A stretch of 64,000 nt of DNA from Dictyostelium discoideum (Eukaryota): positions 6,144,001 through 6,208,000 of the forward strand of contig CM000151.3 in NCBI GenBank assembly GCA_000004695.1, read 5' to 3'. Below, piece by piece: positions 60,128-64,000 of this stretch (positions are counted from its first letter, which is position 1; each line of letters starts with the position of its first letter). Below the pieces are notes generated by a model. It was not told where the DNA came from. It made no database searches and was given only the letters and a program-made list of their open reading frames with translations. The position numbers and the translations under genes were made by a program.

Positions 60128-63100
60128 AGAAGTAAAATGAACAGAACCAATACAACAAATATTAAAAAGATTAAATAGTAAGAATAAAATTGAAGTTGGT
60201 GCAACACCAAATGATATACCAACATCAATACCAAGTGTAAAAAATTTAGGAAAGAAATATGATTCAAAAGCAGAAACTCATTTATTAAATCAAAAAGTTT
60301 TATCTTCACCATCAAAAGAAGTTAATAGTTTAAAAAAAAGTACTAATGGTACTAATACTATACCATCATCAAGTATACCATCATCACCACCATCATCACC
60401 ACCATCATCATCGTCATTATCATCTGATCGTACATCTCAAGATATTCCAAAGTCTGTAAATGGTTTAACTGCCTCTATAGTTGCTAAATTTTCAAAAAAT
60501 ATTGATAATAACACCACAAATAATAATAGTAATAATAATAATAATTCATCGTTATCTACACCAATACAATCACCAAGAGATTCATTAGAGACCAATCCAA
60601 TTAAAGATGAAGAATCTGAGGAATCTGAAGAATCTGAAGAATCTAAAGAAGAAGAAGAGGAATTAAAAATGGGTATTAAAACAACAAAGACAACTAGTGA
60701 AACTATAGAGTCATCATATTCAACCTCTCAACTATTAAAAAATGATTTAATTCAAGAGAAGGGAGATGATAATAATAATATTCAAGAACCACAACAACCA
60801 AAATATCCAACACAAACATCATTCATAACAGATAAAAGTAAAAGATTATCAACACCACCAATTAATGGAACTTCTATTAGTATTGGAAATAACAATAATA
60901 ATAATAATAATTATATTAATGGTAATAGTGGAATTAATACAATACCAAGAAATTTTCAATCTCATAGAGTTGCAGGTGATTGGAAAGATAGAAAATTGAA
61001 TACACTTTTTACACAAGGTACAGTTGGTGGTAATGGTCAAAATGGTACAGTTAGAAAGAATTTAATTGGCACTAGAGAATTATCAACTTCAAGTGGTATT
61101 TTACAATGTAAGGATGATTCATCTTCAAAAGATCAAGATTTTGAATTTAACAATAGTGCTGGTAGTAGTGGGAATTCAAGTGCATCAAATAGTAATAGAA
61201 ATAGTATAGCATTTTCATCATCCAATCATTTTTCATCAGAATCTTCACAATCTGCTCCAACTTTACCAATTTATAATCCATCACAATATACATCACCATC
61301 AACACCACAGTCACCATCACCATCACCATCACCACCACTCATTTCATCGAAATCAATTTATATTAATAAACCACCACCACCACATTTTAATCAACAAACC
61401 AATTTTTCAGTTTCACCAACAAAATCACCATCGAATGAAAAACAACAACAAGAAGATGAAGATGTTAAACATTTAGTAAGAGCATTTACAAATAGAAAAT
61501 TAAATGTTCATCATGCAGAGAGAAAATCAAAGATATCAGTCCAAGATGCTGAATGGATAGTTAAAAAGTTTTTTCATGATACTGATCGTCAATCTAAATT
61601 TGTTCTTAGTGAAAATAGAACAAAGGATTTAAATCAACCATCATCACAGTTTTCACCATCAACTTCACCATCAACAAATTCAATTCCTACAAATTTATTA
61701 CTTAGTAATAAAAGATTATCAACATCATTACCAAATATTAATACTAATATTAATAATAGTAGTAATAATACATCATCATCATCATCATCTTCATCAACAA
61801 CAAGTTCACCATCACCATTGACAACGTCATCATCAACTTCAGTACTACCACCACCATTATCATCATCATCGTCATCACAATTAACTGAAAGTTTAAAAAC
61901 TAGAATTGAAGAAAATAACAACAACAACAATAATAAAAACATTAATAATAACAATAATAATAATAATAATAATGGTCGTAATTCAATACATGATAGTCAA
62001 GAAATGACAGAATTAGAGGATCCACATTCATCACCATCATATAGACATTTAGAAGAAGTAGGTAAAAAGAAATATGTTTCAGCCGAGCCAAGTAGAAGAC
62101 CTGGTATTAAAACACCACTATTCTTAAATGTACCAACATTGGCAATGCCAACTCAATTTCATCAAATACCACCAGAAAGAGTCTCTTCAAATTTATTCTC
62201 TGTCTCTGTTGAAGAGAATTCTTATCCTGACAATCCATTACTTTTTAATCAACAAATTATAAATAGAGTTGCAAATGATAAAGATTTATCTTATTTATTC
62301 TTCCCAGTTTTAAAATCTTCAACAAAAATTACTTCTTCAACTTTAAATAATATTATTCCAATAAATAAATTAAATAATCAAATTCATAATAATAATAATA
62401 ATAATGTTATTATTAGTAATAATACTGGTAATAATAATAATAATAATAATAGCTCTAAAAATAATAACACAGTTAAAGGTAATAAGAAACAACAAAATAA
62501 ATCATCATCATCATCACAAAATAATTCACCACCAAGTGATTTCTCATTATCAGTTTCACCATCGCCATGTTCTTCACTTACTCCATCACCATCACCATCA
62601 CCTTCATCACCATTAATTGAATCGTCAATGTTTACAAAAGATTTATCACCACCACCACCTGCAGCAGCAGCGATAGTATTACAACAACCAGTTGCTACAA
62701 CTAATAATAAATCAACTGATAAAGATTCAAGAAAATCACTTTGGAGTTCAATGAAATCATCAAAACCTCCAATTTCAACATCACAACCATCAACTATACA
62801 AGATACAATTTCAACTTCACCACCATCAACATCAACTTCACCAACTTCAAATTCACCACCAACCTCAATTTCACCACCACCACCATCAATTACAACAGGT
62901 TCATCACCACCATCAACTGCAGGTACATCACCACCAAATGATAATGGCAATAATAATAATAATAGTAATAAAGAATTAACAATATCAATACCAATAACAA
63001 ATGTAAATGTTCATGAAAGTAATATAGTTGTTGCATCAACACCAAGAAGTGGAAGAGATTTAGCAACCATTGTAGCAGAGGAATTTAAGGATAGAACTGA

Positions 63101-64000
63101 TATTGTATTTTGTACTCAACATTTATCAATGAATAGAATTAAAGTTAGATCAGCATCTTTGGATGCAATGATTGATCTTTTAACAAATCATAGATTAAGT
63201 CAACCTGATCTTGTTGAATCTTTCCTTTTAACTTATAAAACTTTTACTTCACCATTAGCTGTTTTAACAAAATTAATTGAAAGATATGAAGAAACTGATA
63301 ATATTAATAATAATAATAATAATAACAATGATGATTTAATAATATCAACAAGAACAACAGCAACAATTACAAATGAAGATGAAGATAATTCAAATTCAAA
63401 TTCAAATTCAAATAAAACAAATAAAAATTCAAGTAGAACAATTAAATTAGGAGTATTAAGTATAATTAAATGTTGGGTAGATAGACATCATTATGATTTT
63501 GAAAGAAATAAAGCATTGTTAAGTGCAATTGTTGCATTTTTAGAAGGACCAGTTATTGATGATGGTATGGAGAAAGTTTCAAATATCATTTTAAAGATTA
63601 TAGATAGAAAAGCCAATGAAGCCGAAGCAAGAAGAACAGGTACAGCATTGGTAATGCATACATCAACTAGTCATTGTAAATTTCCACCATCAATTCCACC
63701 ATCATTATCTAAACCCGACCAAATACCAACACTTCAAAACTTTGATGACCTCGAGATCGCTCGTCAATTGACATTGATAGAACATGAAGCTTACTCTATG
63801 GTTAAACCAAATGAATGTATTAATTTGGCATTCTCAAAATCGGATAAAGAAATTCGTGCACCAAATATCATAAACATTATAAAGAGATCAAATCTCTTAC
63901 CACTTTGGGTCGCTACTGAAATCGTACAAGAGGAGAGACTAACAAAACGTGCCAACATCATAAAGAAATTCATTTCAATAGCTGATCAATGTAAAAATTT
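59910..64000 (+). CDS. Ras guanine-nucleotide exchange factor (RasGEF-N/REM and CDC25-homology domains), 5' part, continuing beyond the window end
   Basis: Frame 0 is open from 60141 to 64000 (more than 1280 codons). The REM domain reads LDAMIDLLTNHRLSQPDLVESFLLTYKTFTSPLAVLTKLIERYEE. The CDC25-homology start reads FDDLEIARQLTLIEHEAYSMVKPNECINLAF...NLLPLWVATEIVQEERLTKRANIIKKFISIADQC. The true start is uncertain: the 59910..60140 ORF is in the same frame but is separated by a single TGA, and the first ATG in the long ORF is at ~60668. Confidence 0.7.

Noticed and set aside
62384-62950. Minus-strand 188-aa Gly/Asp/Val-rich ORF and other minus ORFs at 60849..61954
   Set aside because: They are antisense to the Ser/Pro/Thr-rich coding region of the RasGEF gene (TCA/CCA codons complement to GGT/GAT).

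Overview
The window is AT-rich (~78% A+T) eukaryotic nuclear DNA with the hallmarks of a Dictyostelium discoideum chromosome arm. Evidence: long (AAT)n/(CAA)n coding tracts giving poly-Asn/Gln proteins, short AT-rich introns of the GTAAGT...(T)nAG type, Dictyostelium-style codon usage, a tandem FNIP-repeat gene family, and tRNA-gene-targeted retroelements with external B boxes. No prokaryotic features and no CRISPR are present; the many (ATT)n arrays are microsatellites.

I can support about 24 protein-coding genes, most with 1-4 small introns that I mapped by frame and splice-consensus arithmetic. Every model yields a total CDS length divisible by 3. The genes I can name from conserved motifs are:
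- SLC25 mitochondrial carrier
- Cdc6/Orc1-like AAA+ ATPase (5 exons)
- a domain-less hypothetical protein
- GNAT acetyltransferase
- THOC7 homolog
- one intact FNIP-repeat gene, two FNIP pseudogenes and one FNIP fragment
- bacterial-type MutS homolog (MSH1-like)
- small HSP20
- very large Mei2-like RRM protein with extreme poly-Asn
- CIA30/NDUFAF1-like protein
- hnRNP/Musashi/DAZ-like single-RRM protein
- two Rab GTPases, one a divergent Rab1 paralog
- FAAH-like amidase (4 exons)
- F-box/ankyrin protein
- Kelch-BTB protein
- SF3B1
- DHHC palmitoyltransferase
- the 5' part of a RasGEF running off the window end

Two tRNA genes are present, tRNA-Val(AAC) on the minus strand and tRNA-Arg(UCU) on the plus strand, each with downstream external B boxes.

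The most interesting locus is upstream of tRNA-Arg. An internally deleted LTR retroelement (gag/CCHC-protease fused to an integrase C-terminus, 256-bp LTRs) sits 14 bp upstream of the tRNA. Its 3' LTR is split by a TRE5-A-like non-LTR element (ORF1, A-module repeats, oligo-A, 15-bp target-site duplication) inserted 47 bp upstream of the tRNA. These are nested tRNA-targeted insertions.
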